A stretch of DNA of 64,000 bases, taken from contig OZ024742.1 in assembly GCA_964016885.1 (NCBI GenBank), forward strand, positions 150,350,001 through 150,414,000, written 5' to 3'. The notes beneath the pieces were generated by a model that did no database searches, was not told the DNA's origin, and worked only from the letters and a program-made list of their open reading frames with translations. Positions within the stretch are counted from its first letter, which is position 1; every line of letters begins with the position of its first letter. Both the position numbers and the translations under genes were made by a program. Positions 45,608-60,299 of the stretch are shown here, in pieces. Source of the DNA: Eledone cirrhosa. Taxonomy: Eukaryota.

Positions 45608-46000
45608 GTGAGGTTTTTTTTACAAAATGAAAAATAACCGGTGTCCTACACGAGTGAAAGTATAAAGAAAAAGAGATGAAATCGAAAATGCAACTGGAGT
45701 CTTATTTTTTTTTTAAATATATATATTTATTTGGTTCCTTTACCGGTTTCGCAGTTCTTCTGCTTTTCAAAAGGTGAGTTGAGATGGAGGGTCTGTGGTT
45801 TTTCCATCTCAACTCACCTTTTGAAAAGCAGAAGAACTGCGAAACCGGTAAAGGAACCAAATAAATATATATATATATATAAATAAATATTAAAAAGGTA
45901 AACACAAAGAGAGATACAAACAATTAATCTTATTAGATTCACGCTTAGATGAAATGTAGAGAAAAGAGTTCAACGTATTGGGTTTTAGCCCTTCATCAGG
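45425..46000. repeat. Nested inverted repeats: outer arms 45425-45540 and about 45885-46000; inner arms about 45718-45788 and 45803-45873
   Basis: Direct reverse-complement comparison; outer arms carry a decayed CTGATGAAGGG...CCC-AATACGTT hammerhead. Confidence 0.88.
45817..45854 (+). ncRNA. Minimal type I hammerhead ribozyme, U3-A8 variant (mirror copy at 45737-45774 on -)
   Basis: CCTT-TTGAAAA-GCAG-aagaa-CTGC-GAAAC-CG-GTA-AAGG; palindromic stem III ACCGGT. Confidence 0.8.
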
Positions 46001-46137
46001 AGATACAGGTAAAAATGTTTTAGTAAAGAAATTGTTAAAACGACATGTAACTTAGGTGGACAAGCCAATTAACGTTGAAACGAAAGAAAGTCCGTTTAGT
46101 AGTCAAGGCCACAAAATGAAACACGTATATGTGCTGA

Positions 46138-46166
46138 TGTGTGTGTGTATGTGTGTGTGTGTGTGT

Positions 46167-46234
<68 letters not shown>

Positions 46235-46236
46235 AT
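46138..46236. repeat. (TG)n microsatellite
   Basis: Direct reading. Confidence 0.97.
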
Positions 46237-46394
46237 GCATGCATGTTTGTATCGCCGAACGTTATGTGTGTGTATGTAACAAAGTATTGTACAAACTAAT
46301 CAATACATATGCAATTGTAGCTAATGACTTGTAACTAGGGAAACATCAATACTGCTATGAAGACACTTCTAATGAATATTGTAAATAAAATTCA

Positions 46395-47255
46395 TCTATA
46401 TATATAAAACTGTGGTTGTCTGTCTGTCTATCGATTTTTGGCACACATCTCCTCTTAGAATCTCTCACGGAATTGCACCGAAATTGCTATACTTGTACAT
46501 TGAGCCCTAGCGAAGGCATCGGAAAAAAAAAATTTCAAATTGACCCACCCTATGTGACGAAATCGAATATAATGTATCGATTTTTGAGCGTAAGTTATCA
46601 GTTATTTCCCTTTGTTCTGTTTACATTGAGCGTCTTACGTAAAAAATTACGCTGGCTTTAACAGTTGTCGAGCCAGCAAAATATTGACCTGCAAAATTCA
46701 TCAGTTCGAACACTAAGCTTCCGTTTTGCTTCATTTCCATTTAAAAGCCTTTTAAAACAATATTTTTACTTGAAAACAAGTCTATTTAAAGACTACGTAA
46801 AACAAGCAAATATTTCGTCGTTAGGTGTGCAGACAGACAGTCGTGCAGAGAGGTGATATAGGCGTGCAGACAGACAGTCGTGCAGAGAGGTGATATAGGC
46901 GTGCAGACAGACAGTCGTGCAGAGAGGTGATATAGGCGTGCAGACAGACATAACTGATAATTTGGTTACGCTAATGTTTTTCTCTGCGTTGCAGTGTTTA
47001 CATTTTCGATCTTTGTTAATAAATAACCAGTGCAGTTTCTATCCCCAGCATCCTCTTTTGTTATAACATTCGGGTTATCGTTATGTTTTCTTAACTTCAT
47101 AAGGCATATTGTTGGTTGAGGGAATATTAATCAAAAACACCACATGCAAGTCTGCACAGTAGACACTACAGTTTTTAAGCCAAGAAAGAAACTTAACATT
47201 GTAACTTTAACACAGCTACTGAGCGACCCCGAGCAACGCCGGGCTTTACTGCTAG
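46395..47255 (+). mobile_element. Non-autonomous Helitron
   Basis: A|TCTATATATATAAAA 5' end; 3' GC hairpin CCCGAGCAACGCCGGG followed by CTAG|T. Confidence 0.82.
46827..46950. repeat. Minisatellite, about 3.4 x 37 bp, inside the Helitron
   Basis: GTGCAGACAGACAGTCGTGCAGAGAGGTGATATAGGC at 46827, 46864, 46901 and 46938 (partial). Confidence 0.93.
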
Positions 47256-47479
47256 TATCAGATAAAACGCATATATAGTAAAATTAGTCGAGTACAACCT
47301 GCAATACAAAAATAGTGGACAGTTTATGTATCACAAGCCAGTGCGACTATATTATATTTTAATTGAGCTTAAATCCCCATAACGTAGATCACATGGGTAG
47401 CAAAGTGTATTGTGTGGAGCTTATAATTTGCTGGTGTAAAGAAAAAAATATTTCAGATTATTCCAATCAAAATAAAAAA

Positions 47480-48590
47480 GATCTACTGAAAGATCAGAAG
47501 GCACATTTTATAAATAACTCCACCTGTAGACTCATAAACCCTGCCAAAAGATGAATAGGACTAATAAGCAAAAATATACTTGAGAATATAAATAAAGCAA
47601 TTAGGCAATTTTTAATGGGAAAATAGTCAAGTCGTAAACAGCTGGTTCAACTCTTTCAATAACAACATAAAGATTTACCCAGTTCGATATTATTGACATT
47701 CACCTTTCTAACAACCTACTAGATAACGCCTCCGCGCACACGCATACAAACCCCTCCACAAGCCAACTGAAAGACTTAGAAACATCCATAAAAACTCATG
47801 CCATCAACCCATAATCTTTAAGTACTTCGTAAAAAAAAACATTAGGAAACGTATCTCCAACCGCTCCTCTAATACAAATATATTTGAAAGAGCGGCCCCA
47901 TATTATAACCCAGCCTTAGGCAACTCCGGTTTCTCTGAAAAATTAACTCATTCCCTAAATCAACAACCTAATAGTAGCACAACAAAAACACACATTTATT
48001 ATTCTTTCTCTCTCAACGTGAAAATCAACGCCGGGAAAATGTTTCTATATCTTATAAATAAGCATTTCCCTGAGAGCCCCAAATACAGACCGGTCCTCAA
48101 CCGGCACAAGATGAAACTTTGGATATTTGTGTACCAGAAAAATAAATCCCATCTGAAAACGAAATCCATGAGCCCACCAGCAGCAGATTGCTGATGCTGA
48201 AATCCAAACAGAAGCACACTAGACCAAAAATACAATACACCAACATTGGTGTAAGAAGCAGAAGTGAACTATACCAACACACAACACCAAAATTAAACAT
48301 GGTTATACGTAGGAATGTCAGAGTGCCGGTTTAAAAACCGTTACCTCAATCATGAGTCGAGTTTCAGACAAAAGCTACACCACAAAACTCGCATGTCATA
48401 TATGGCAACTCAAAGCCACCAACAAGGATTACGCCATTAAATTGGGAATACTAAAAATAATCAGTACAATACATAAATGGGTCGCGGTGATGTTACTTCT
48501 GCACAGACGAAAGATGGAGTATTCTAAAGACTTTAGCCCCTAATAAGAAATGCGCTCGCTGCCTACATGAATCTAAATTCATTCTACAGA
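47480..48590 (+). pseudogene. Heavily decayed, internally deleted Penelope-like (Naiad-like) RT/GIY-YIG remnant
   Basis: [82 protein letters not shown]. Confidence 0.82.
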
Positions 48591-48829
48591 AACTGGTCCT
48601 GACCAGATTGAAACTACCTATTGATTACTGAACAACACACTCATATGATATCAAGAACCCCGCCCCTGCCTTTTTTAAAAATCTCCTTTAAAACTTCTAC
48701 TAATTTTTGAATTATGTTAACATTAAGTTACCCCCTTTCTCAATTATATTCACATATTAAATCACCTCTCCTCTTCTTATTTACTCATTACATACGAGAC
48801 AATGAATGGGCAAATGAATTAACTATGGA

Positions 48830-48931
48830 GATATAAAAGATACAGAAGCGAAAACCAACCAAACACTGTGTTCCGTTATTATTTCTGGCAATAATATTAC
48901 AACAATATGACCCTCCCCAAGTATAACAATA
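48830..48931 (+). mobile_element. PLE pseudo-LTR terminal fragment (18462-19592 family)
   Basis: Matches about 19431-19540, including ATGACCCTCCCCAAGTATAACAAT. Confidence 0.75.
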
Positions 48932-49264
48932 TATATACCTTAGCACTCTGAAATACTGTGTGCCTATTACCGCGTGCGTGCGTGCGTGTGTGTATGATAG
49001 ACTTCTGCAAAGCGAATTTATTCTCCACAGATTTCGCCCCCACACACACACCAGTTATAAAGTCTGATTAATCGGTTATTATTTTGTGAGAGTCAAGATA
49101 AGATTTATTCACCATAGCAGTGTGGATTAGACTTCCTGGGTCGTTTAGGCCATGTAAACCGTTGAAGTCAATGATCACTGAGAATCATTGTTTATAGCCA
49201 CCTTTCCATTAATATTTCTATGGTGTCATACAGGTGTATTAGAATTCCTGGTGAGTCACAAGTG

Positions 49265-49660
49265 GTGAAGAAGAAAAGTAGAAGAAAAGAAGAAGAAAAG
49301 AAGAAGAAAAGTAGAAAAGAAGAAAAGAAAAGAAGAAAAGAAAAGAAAAAAGAAAAGAAAAAAAGAAAAGAAAAAAGAAAAGAAAAGAAAAAAGAAAAAG
49401 AGGAAAAAAAAGAAGAGGAGAAAGAAAGAAGAAACAAAAAAAAAGAAGTAAAAAAGAAGAAACAAGAAACAAGAAAAAAAGACCAAAAACAACAACAACA
49501 AAATATGTAAAACAAAAATAACAGCAAAAGTAAGAAAAAGATGAAAAGGAAGTAGGATTAATGCGGAGGAGATAGAAAAGGGGAAAGAAAGAGAGATGTG
49601 AAAGTGAAAGAGTGAGAGAAATACGTTTATGATAGAAAAATAGTAAAAAAAAAAAAAGAA
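49265..49660. repeat. Purine-rich (GAAAA/GAA) low-complexity tract
   Basis: Direct reading. Confidence 0.9.
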
Positions 49661-50097
49661 GAGTTACCCATGTGTACAAATAGGTGTAATTAATTTTCTA
49701 TTTCTGTCTCTAATATAATAGAATGAAAAGGTGGTCGTCATTGGGACGCTGCGAATTGAAGCACACATTAGAAAATGAATCATTAAGTGAAAACAAAACA
49801 AAGCAAAATGAGAACGACATTATTTTCAGATCTTTGGCATGTACAGGTACGGGTAGCTAAGTACACTCTACAGTTGTTAGATGCCGAGACACTGCATCCT
49901 TTAAAACCTTCATGCTTCCCGAAATTCGCCAAAACTACACCTGATATACCCCTTCCATACACATGCACACATGTATATCATGACTCATACACTGTTCATT
50001 TTCCTGACGTTTGTATATTACCCTATGTACTATGCATACACTTTTTGATGAGTTGTAGTGCACCTGAGCACTGTACACAATATTTTCAATATTATTA

Positions 50098-50243
50098 TTA
50101 TATATATACACACATACCATACATACATACTTACATACATATATATACACGCGCACACACATATATACATACATACTTACATACATATATATACACACGC
50201 AAACATATATATATCTATTTATTTATACACAGATATACACCCC

Positions 50244-50278
<35 letters not shown>

Positions 50279-50299
50279 TTATACACAGATATACACCCC

Positions 50300-50336
<37 letters not shown>

Positions 50337-50530
50337 ACACACACACATACACATATATATATACATACACACACATATATATATACATACACACACATAC
50401 ATACACACACACACATATATATATACATACACACATATATACATACACACACACATATATACATACACACACACACATATATATATACACACGCACACAC
50501 ACATATACATATATATATACACACACACAA
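50098..50530. repeat. (CA)/(TA) compound microsatellite
   Basis: Direct reading. Confidence 0.95.
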
Positions 50531-50616
50531 ATATAAATTTAGCGAGAATCGCATTTCGGCGGGTAGAAATTAGCTAAACGCAACTTCTATATTGTGCAGA
50601 CAAGCGCTCCATCTCC

Positions 50617-50656
<40 letters not shown>

Positions 50657-50672
50657 ATATATATATACACAC

Positions 50673-51309
50673 ACAATAAAATAGCTCTAGGAAAAACGAA
50701 CACAGACATATATGTGTTCAAATCGCAAGGGACCAGATTCGCTAAGGTGAAATGAATACTAACTATAGACTCAATTTAAGAATAAATCAAGAAAGGTATA
50801 TATTGAGTTTCTAACTCAATATATACCTTTGATATATTCGGCTCCGTTAGTTTGTTGAGCTAATTCAAATGTCGAGTAAACTTGGCTACTATATTTAGTG
50901 GTGTGAGTTTGTGAGACACGCTAAGTTCAGATACCATGTGCGTTATTATATATCCGCACACTATTCAGTTTTTTAATATACTTAGAAGTGACCAAGATAC
51001 TAATAATTCTTCACCCGCTGATGAGCAAGAATTGGTATTCCTCTTCACAATTAATTTTGCGAAACAGCATTATCAAAGCTGTCCGGGTGATTGGTAGTTA
51101 CTACAATCCTGGTTTGTATTTACTTTCTTGATTTATTCTTTTTGAGTCTGGCAAACCCTATTGTCTATAGTTAGTATTCTTTTCACCTTAGCTAATCTGG
51201 TCCCTTACAATTTGAACACATATATCTATATATCTGTGTTCGTTTTTCTTTTTTTGTTCAGTTATATTATACGGCTCGGAAAAATCTCTTTCCTAGAGCT
51301 ATTTTATTG
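50673..51309 (+). mobile_element. PLE-type pseudo-LTR with inverted, deleted 5' copy
   Basis: 50673-50796 is a deleted reverse complement of about 51122-51309; junction hairpin at about 50793-50830; contains a hammerhead. Confidence 0.78.
51011..51090 (+). ncRNA. Canonical type I hammerhead ribozyme
   Basis: TCACCCG-CTGATGA-GCAAGAATT...AATTTTGC-GAAAC-AGC-attatcaaa-GCT-GTC-CGGGTGA; all core positions and three stems intact. Confidence 0.9.
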
Positions 51310-51676
51310 TATATATATATACATATATATACAATATACATATATACATATATATACATACATATACATATATACATATATACACATATATATATATATA
51401 CATACATATATATATATATACACACATATATATATATACACATATATATATATATATACACATATATATATATATGCACATATATATATATACACATATA
51501 TATATATATACACATATATATATATATACACATATATATATATATATGCACATATATATATACACATATATATATATATATATGCACATATATATATACA
51601 CATATATATATATACACATATATATATATACACACATATATATATATATATACACATATATATATATATACACATA

Positions 51677-51708
<32 letters not shown>

Positions 51709-52160
51709 CACACATATATATATACACATATATATATACACATATATATATACACACATATATACATATACACACATATATATATACACACATATATATA
51801 TACACACATATATATATACACACATATACATATATATGCACACATATACATATATATATACATATACAATACATACACACATATACATATATATGCAAAC
51901 ATATACATATATATATACACATATATACATACATATATATATACAGACACATACATACATATATATATACACACACATACATAAATATATATATATACAT
52001 ACATACATACATATATACATACATATATATTATACATATAAACATACTTATATATTATACATATATATATACACATACATATATATTATATATATATATA
52101 TATTATACATATATATATATATTATAGATACATATATATTATAGATACATATATATTATA
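51310..52160. repeat. (TA)n/(CA) compound microsatellite
   Basis: Direct reading. Confidence 0.96.
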
Positions 52161-52162
52161 CA

Positions 52163-53329
52163 CTAGCAGTGTATCCCGGTGTTGCACGGGTAAGAACATT
52201 GGTAATAGCACCTCCAATGAGAAACGTTTATTTGTGAGTGCCTGTTAAAAACTCACGAAAATATACCGACAGGAAACTTGTTTTATTTGGAGAAAATTAA
52301 GAAGTTGAAAGTACAGTTTAGCTGTCTACGTGCATTGTTCATAGAAATATTGTTGAGCCCCTTCTTTTCATACTCCTCTGTTTTGGACTATTGCAGTAAG
52401 TGTGAAACAGAAAGTCACAGGTTAAGTTGGCAGAGTGTTCAAGTGTCATAGCAGTAAGGCGTAGGCTACTTACCTCAAAAGTTCATTCGCACTCTTGTCA
52501 CTAAGTTACTCTTTCTCTCTATCCCTCTCGGTGCAGTCCCTTGCGAATTTCTCGCGTAGGCCTGGTGTAGATTTGCACCCGATCTATCTGCCCGATGCAC
52601 ATACCGCTTTGTACGGCTTTTGGAGGAAGAAGTGACCAGCAGTACGTTGTTCGGTATTATTACGAAAAGGTGTAGCAGAGAATCCCGCGTGAACTAACAG
52701 CTCGGGAGGAAACTGCTTGCCTCGAAGATTCATTCGCCATTGTTCTTGTCAACGCTCGGTTTAGTTGGTATTTGATGGTCTACAGTTAGATGAATGGCGC
52801 ACAAAGGGTTAATGTTTATTGGCAAGAAGTGGCAACTGGGCTGGCTTGCCTCGCTCATATTATATATTAAAATAATAGATTAAAGTTTAAGCATAGAATC
52901 GCTGCTTTCACCCTTAACGGGATCTTCTGAAACTAAAAATAATCAATCTGTGAACGCAGAAATAAATGTTTCGAAAAACGTTGCAACCGTAGGGAAACAG
53001 GAAGACGATACTTTGGTTCGTGAAGACGTTCCCTGGCAATGAACGGAAAATAGCGAACATAATGCGGCATCAATGTTTGTCATAATTTCGTAATGAAGAA
53101 AGTTAGGCATACAGACATATTATAAAGGTGCGATGGAGATCGATAACCGGCACCTAACACCCCTTTAACAACAGAAAATTGAAAAATAAAAGCTGCAGTT
53201 AATATCTTCATACCGCAAGGAATATATAAATGCAAGTTTGAAGTCAATAGGAGTAGAAATGTGGATTTGTATAGACTTTGCAAAAATGAGGACAGACACA
53301 CACACAGACAACTACAGTTATATATATAT

Positions 53330-53330
<1 letters not shown>
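52163..53330 (-). mobile_element. Non-autonomous Helitron
   Basis: Minus-strand 3' end CCCGTGCAACACCGGG-atacactg-CTAG|T; 5' end TATATATAACTGTAGTTGTCTG resembles that of the 46395 element; exact 5' limit obscured by (TA)n. Confidence 0.75.
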
Positions 53331-54859
<1,529 letters not shown>

Positions 54860-54860
<1 letters not shown>

Positions 54861-55140
54861 AAAAATTAGAATTGGAGCTCTGAAATAGCAATATATATAT
54901 GGATGTATATATAATGTATTTTGCAATACACTTTACGCTTAATTAAAAGCATTTTGAAGACCGTAAGCTATTGTTTTAAAGTAGTGACAAATTCACTCCC
55001 TTTGATCTCAGCAAACAGGGGAGATAAACCGACAAGTCTTGTTTCGCTTTGGTTGAAGCTTATCAAGGCCAACTACCCCACCTGTTTACTGAGATCATTG
55101 ATGTTATATTCTTATAGAAATCTAGTAAATCACTGTTCAT
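54860..55140 (-). mobile_element. Diverged copy of the 37671-38445 hammerhead-bearing family
   Basis: Shares TTAGAATTG..GCTCTGAAATAGC...AAAAGCATTTTGAAGACC.TAAGCTATTG. Confidence 0.78.
55027..55070 (-). ncRNA. Type I hammerhead ribozyme, U3-A8 variant
   Basis: Minus strand GGCC-TTGATAA-GCTT-caacca-AAGC-GAAAC-AAGACTT-GTC-GGTT; stem II covaries with the 37951/38269 copies. Confidence 0.78.
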
Positions 55141-55389
55141 CTGCCAAACTGTCAGAGCTAGTGAAATATATGCTATTTTCAAAAATACATAATGACTGAT
55201 CGGAGGATTAGGGAGGGAGGTAATCAATGTACACGGTGGTCCGAAAGTCTTGTCACCCCTTGTCACATATTGTTTTAACTTCCATTGGCAGTATAGGTAG
55301 CGGGTCGGACGCAAGGCCAAATGTGCCAAATGTGGAAACAATTATATATTATAATTAATGATATTATATATTATATTATTAAAAAAAAT

Positions 55390-55686
55390 AATTGTTTCTA
55401 CTTTTGGCACAAGGCCAGCAAACCCAGTGCATTACTGGTACTTTATTTTATCGACCCGGTAAGGATGAAAGGCAAAGTTAACCTCGGCGGGATTTGAACT
55501 CAGAATGGCAAGGACCGTATCTCTATGCGTCAAAGCATGGCGTCCTACCCTCTACCGATACTGCCAATCCAACTCATCATTAATTATAATTGTTTCTACT
55601 TTTGGCACAAGGCAAATATCCCAGTGTATTACTGGTACTTTATTTTATCGACCCCGTAATGATGAAAGGCAAGGTTAACCTCGAGG
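55390..55686 (-). mobile_element. tRNA-derived SINE family A: one full and one partial copy
   Basis: Reverse complement of the 44117 element. Confidence 0.85.
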
Positions 55687-57489
55687 CTGCTTGCAAGTGC
55701 ATGGAGGGTGTGCGACATGACTTCACTGCAAGATTCGGCAAACCAGCTCCTCCGAAGAGGACAATGGGAACAGGAACTGTTCCTTGATAGGAGGTGACAA
55801 GACTTTCGCACCACCCTGTATATGTGGGGTGGACATGTGAGTATGCGTACGTGTGTTGGTGTGTGTGCATGCGCGCGCGAAGGGGTGTTCGTATGTTTGA
55901 AGGATAATCATTGAACCGTGACAGGCTGGCTGCTGTGAAAGTGTAGATCTGTAAGCGTGTGTGAACTGACCGTCGTAAGTGGGTGTATATGAATTTCTAC
56001 ATACACACAGTCTCAGCTAAGAGGGGCTGTGTAAAAAAAGAGGAAGTAGCGAAAAATATACATAGAAATGTACATAGTGTTTGCAAAAATAAAATTTGAA
56101 GGAATATCACCTGTCCGGCCACCTGTCCTTTTACTCTAATATATATATATGTGTATATGTGTGTGTGTGAGTGAGTGAGTGAGTGAGTGAGTGAGTGAGT
56201 GTGTGTGTGTCTGTCTGTCTGTCTGTCTATGTATAATGGACGTTCGACTCTCGGTTTTGTGTTCGTTCCATAGCAACGTGTTCAAGTCCAATCGGCCAGC
56301 CTTGACACACACCATATCATGCTGAATCTCCCTAATAACTACTTGTGGAATGCTTAGGCACTTGCACGTTCATTTCACAAGCAGGCTATTACATTTTTCT
56401 CTATCATTTTACTATTATTTTTTATTTTCTTTGATGAACATTACCTTCTTTCTTCTTTGTACCACAAAATTGATTTTCTATTAATTTTTAAATTTCATTT
56501 TCATTTATTTTGTTTTGTTCTTGACGCGAATCCCAGCTCTCGATACACTGAATTGACCTTATATTAATATTTAAATGACCTTCATGTTGTTATAAAGTAA
56601 GCACTACTAAGCTATTTAGATGTATACTTACCTTCTTTCTTTTTAGTTTTATAAGGTGTCGTTAAGTTTGGACTCGAAATTTAGAATTGCAAAACCTAAA
56701 ATGCATTTCATTAAATGCTTCTTAAAATAGATAAATAAATAAATAAGAACCCTTATTCCGAATTTCCTTCAGGTAGAGTTGAAAATATTAGGAACAATTC
56801 CCGTTATATATTTTTGAGAGCGACAAGAGGTGTAGAAACGGGTTAGGTGACCACAAATCACATGACTATGATGCTTTGATCATCAGCTGGAACAATTTCT
56901 CCTCAATCCCATTTATTCACTAATTAGCCTTGGGGAAGATATTACACACTCATTTCCATTCATCAGTATACTTCAAGTCCTTCATGTTTATATCAGAAAA
57001 TATAATTTTATATGAGTAAAGTTAACTTAGAGCTAAATACCTGCCAATTCCAATCCCGGCTTCAATATTTAGATCTTTCGTTTGTTTTGTGTAGATAATG
57101 ACTTTTGGAAAAGATATGAATGTCACAATTTACCCTTTTCGTTTCCCCTACAAATCTAAGGATTCACCCATTTTTAAATTCTCTTTAGCGCTTAGTCAAA
57201 AAAGGAGGAAAAGTATTCATGGCCTGTTCTTATCTCTCCCTCAAATGAAAGAACTGGTCTAAATGCTTGTAACAGAGTGGATTCCATAAAGACAACCCCG
57301 GAGTAAGTGATGGTTTTAAAGTGGCTGTCAAAAGTCTTCCACCCTAGAACATAGTCTCCCCGTCGGGATTCTCCGCCTGACATTATATTTCAGCATCTTT
57401 CGATTCTATGAAAGGCGAAGTTGAACCCGACGAGATTTAAACTAAGAATGCAGTGAAATGGGAAGAATAGCGAAGCATTTTTAATTTGA

Positions 57490-57800
57490 TACCGTAACGA
57501 ATAGAAACCCAATATATATATAGATGAGACGGTCCGTAGTATAAGAAAGAAGATGAAAGAACACTGGCGAGAACTCCAAGATGAGAAAAACTCATCAGTG
57601 CTCCACCAACATGCCAGAATGGAACATGGGGGCTCACTAGAGAACATTGAGATAAAAATGATATCCACACACAGAACAGATGCAATGCTCTGACAGATTA
57701 CAGAAGCTACAAACATAACTGAACTTCGACCAAAATTAAATAGTCACTATATTGTGAGGTTGTTATTATTCCACTCATGTCCTCTAAGAACAAAACCAAA
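57490..57800 (+). pseudogene. Decayed PLE GIY-YIG C-terminus (41844 family relative)
   Basis: YIDETVRSIRKKMKEHWRELQDEKNSSVLHQHARMEH...ML*QITEA...LRPKLN. Confidence 0.85.
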
Positions 57801-57834
57801 ACTGATAAGAGACACATACAGACCCCACCACCAC

Positions 57835-57875
<41 letters not shown>

Positions 57876-57892
57876 TATATATATATATATAT

Positions 57893-58005
57893 CAGGATAG
57901 GACCAGTTTAAAACAAGATTTACCATTACTTAACAGAGTACTCGATATTTGTGGTAGTAGAGTATGGCTATATTATAAAGCTCATCCGCCGGGTCCCGAC
58001 TCTTT
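57893..58005 (-). mobile_element. PLE terminal fragment
   Basis: Minus strand GTCGGGAC...ACTCTACTACCACAAATATCGAGTAC resembles 21564-21617. Confidence 0.5.
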
Positions 58006-58019
58006 GTAATATATCGACA

Positions 58020-58236
58020 GTCGACTGACTTTTCGTCAAATCGGACCGAGGAAACAATCTTTCCGATGGTCTTTCCAATTGCTAATACTATCTATCGGTC
58101 GCAACTCCAGGTAGAAGGAGCAACGTGAAATAAAGTGTTTGGCTCAAGGACATAACGCATCGCCCGGTCCAGGAATCGAACTCACAACCTCACGATTGCG
58201 ATTCCAATTCTCTAACCACTCAGCCACACGTCTTCA
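58020..58236 (-). mobile_element. CORE-like SINE, family B
   Basis: Homologous to 14894-15114. Confidence 0.87.
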
Positions 58237-58249
58237 TTAAACATGTGTA

Positions 58250-58891
58250 ATATACATACACACACACACACACATACATACGCATATACATTATACATAC
58301 ACACACACACACATATATACGCATATACATTATACATACACACACACACACACGCATATACATTATACATACACACACACACACATATATACGCATATAC
58401 ATTATACATACACACACACACACACACGCATATACATTATACATACACACACACACACATATATACGCATATACATTATACATACACACACACACACACG
58501 CATATACATTATACATACACACACACACATATATACGCATATACATTATACACACACACACACACATATACGCATATACATACACACACACACATATATA
58601 CGCATATACATTACACATACACACACATATATACGCATACACACACACACACACATATATATACGCATACACACACACACACACATACACATATATACGC
58701 ATACACACACACACACATACACATATATACGCATACACACACACACACACATATATACGCATACACACACATATATACGCATACACACACACACACATAT
58801 ATACGCATACACACACACACACACATACGCATACACACACACACACATACGAATACACACACACACACACACACATACGCACACACACACA

Positions 58892-58932
<41 letters not shown>

Positions 58933-58974
58933 GCATACACACACACACACGCATACACACATATATATATATAT
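58250..58974. repeat. (CA)n-derived minisatellite (CGCATATACATTATACATACACAC units)
   Basis: Direct reading. Confidence 0.93.
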
Positions 58975-59082
58975 AAAATTTCAGGTTATCAATAATGTAG
59001 TGATAATATATCGTTACGTTAGAGATGAACAGCGTACGTGTAGGTTTGCTCAACGAGTATAAATTATATTCCGGAGAAAATG

Positions 59083-59450
59083 TAGAAAAGATGAATATAA
59101 AATGAAAGTGCTTTTTAAAAAAAAAAGGAATTTATTAGGTATTGACATATGTTTCTGTAACAGACGGAATACCTATGTATCGCTGCTTGCGTAATCATAT
59201 AATGTTAGCAAGTATTCGATAGCAAATGTATAATCAGTTGTCACTTCTTCAGAGATTTTGGATGAATTTATCCAAAATCTCTGAAGAAGTGACAACTGAT
59301 TATACACTTGCTATCGAATACTTGCTAACATTATATGATTACGCAAGCAGCGATACATAGGTATTCCGTCTGTTACAGAAACATATGTCAATACCTAATA
59401 AATTCCTTTTTTTAAAAAAAAGCACTTTCATTTTATATTCATCTTTTCTA
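59083..59450. repeat. Near-perfect fold-back palindrome (arms about 180 bp)
   Basis: 59083-59263 is the reverse complement of 59270-59450. Confidence 0.93.
59281..59389 (+). ncRNA. Hammerhead motif with long stem II; 5' strand of stem I lost at the fold-back centre
   Basis: CTGAAGA-a-GTGACA...TGTTAC-a-GAAAC-ATAT-GTC; palindromic ACATATGT; mirrored on the minus strand in the left arm. Confidence 0.6.
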
Positions 59451-59588
59451 TATATATATATATATATATATTATTAGAAAGTGAGGTTATATTTACAATA
59501 TGAAAAATAACCGAGGTGTCCTACACGAGTGAAAGTATAAAGAAAAGAAGATGAAATCGAAAATGCAACTCGAGTCGTATTTAAAAAA

Positions 59589-59619
<31 letters not shown>

Positions 59620-59640
59620 GTGTGTGTGTGAGTGTGTGTG

Positions 59641-60062
59641 TATGGTTTTGATAAAACCAGTCGGAGATAACAGTGATGACTAACAAAAATATGTGTTGTT
59701 GAAACGAATTATCAGCGTTATGATAAATGTTTGAAGTGACTCGAGAACAAAAGTTACATATATACATTTTTACTAAATTACTAGTATCAGGCATTGGATT
59801 GCGGCAATGGTGGATGAAATAAGTAGCAGACTATAAGAAAAATATGTACTGGGGTCAATATCATCAACTAAATCTTTAAATGCTATGCTCCACCATTGCT
59901 GCAATCCAATGACTGATAATAGTAAATTAGTAAAACTGTATGTATATAGCTTTTGTTCTCGAGTCACTTGAAACATTTATTATAATGCTGATTCTTTGTT
60001 TTCAACAACACATATTTTATTAGTCATTACTGTTATCTCTGACTGGTTTACTCAAAACCATG
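59641..60062. repeat. Diverged inverted repeat (arms about 170 bp, spacer about 75 bp)
   Basis: 59641-59814 resembles the reverse complement of 59889-60062. Confidence 0.8.
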
Positions 60063-60070
60063 CGCGCCCA

Positions 60071-60242
60071 CGGTGGATTGGCAGATGGTCAGACGCCATG
60101 CTTTGCAGCACAGTTACGTTCCTTTACGAACTGAGTTCAAATCCCGCCGAGGTTAACTTTGCCTTTCATCCTTACAGGGTTGATAAAATAGAGTACCAGT
60201 AATGTACTGGGTAATTGCTGGCCTTGTGCCAAAAGTAGAAAC

Positions 60243-60246
<4 letters not shown>
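60071..60246 (+). mobile_element. tRNA-derived SINE family A
   Basis: Homologous to 44117-44306. Confidence 0.85.

Positions 60247-60299
<53 letters not shown>

Noticed and set aside
49220-49510. Lys/Glu-rich 96-aa ORF
   Set aside because: Translation of a GAAAA low-complexity tract.
49233-49847. Two 17-nt AG/GT-bounded micro-exon candidates on + (also a 27-nt one near 44017-44044 on -)
   Set aside because: Splice-like motifs of this quality arise by chance; no recognisable peptide or supporting exons.
56720-57420. Possible decayed LINE or exon-bearing segment
   Set aside because: No diagnostic motif or sustained reading frame could be recovered by eye.
59900-59990. CTGATAA...GAAAC hammerhead candidate in the inverted repeat
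   Set aside because: C3-A8 mismatch, no stem I, and the opposite arm does not preserve the core.
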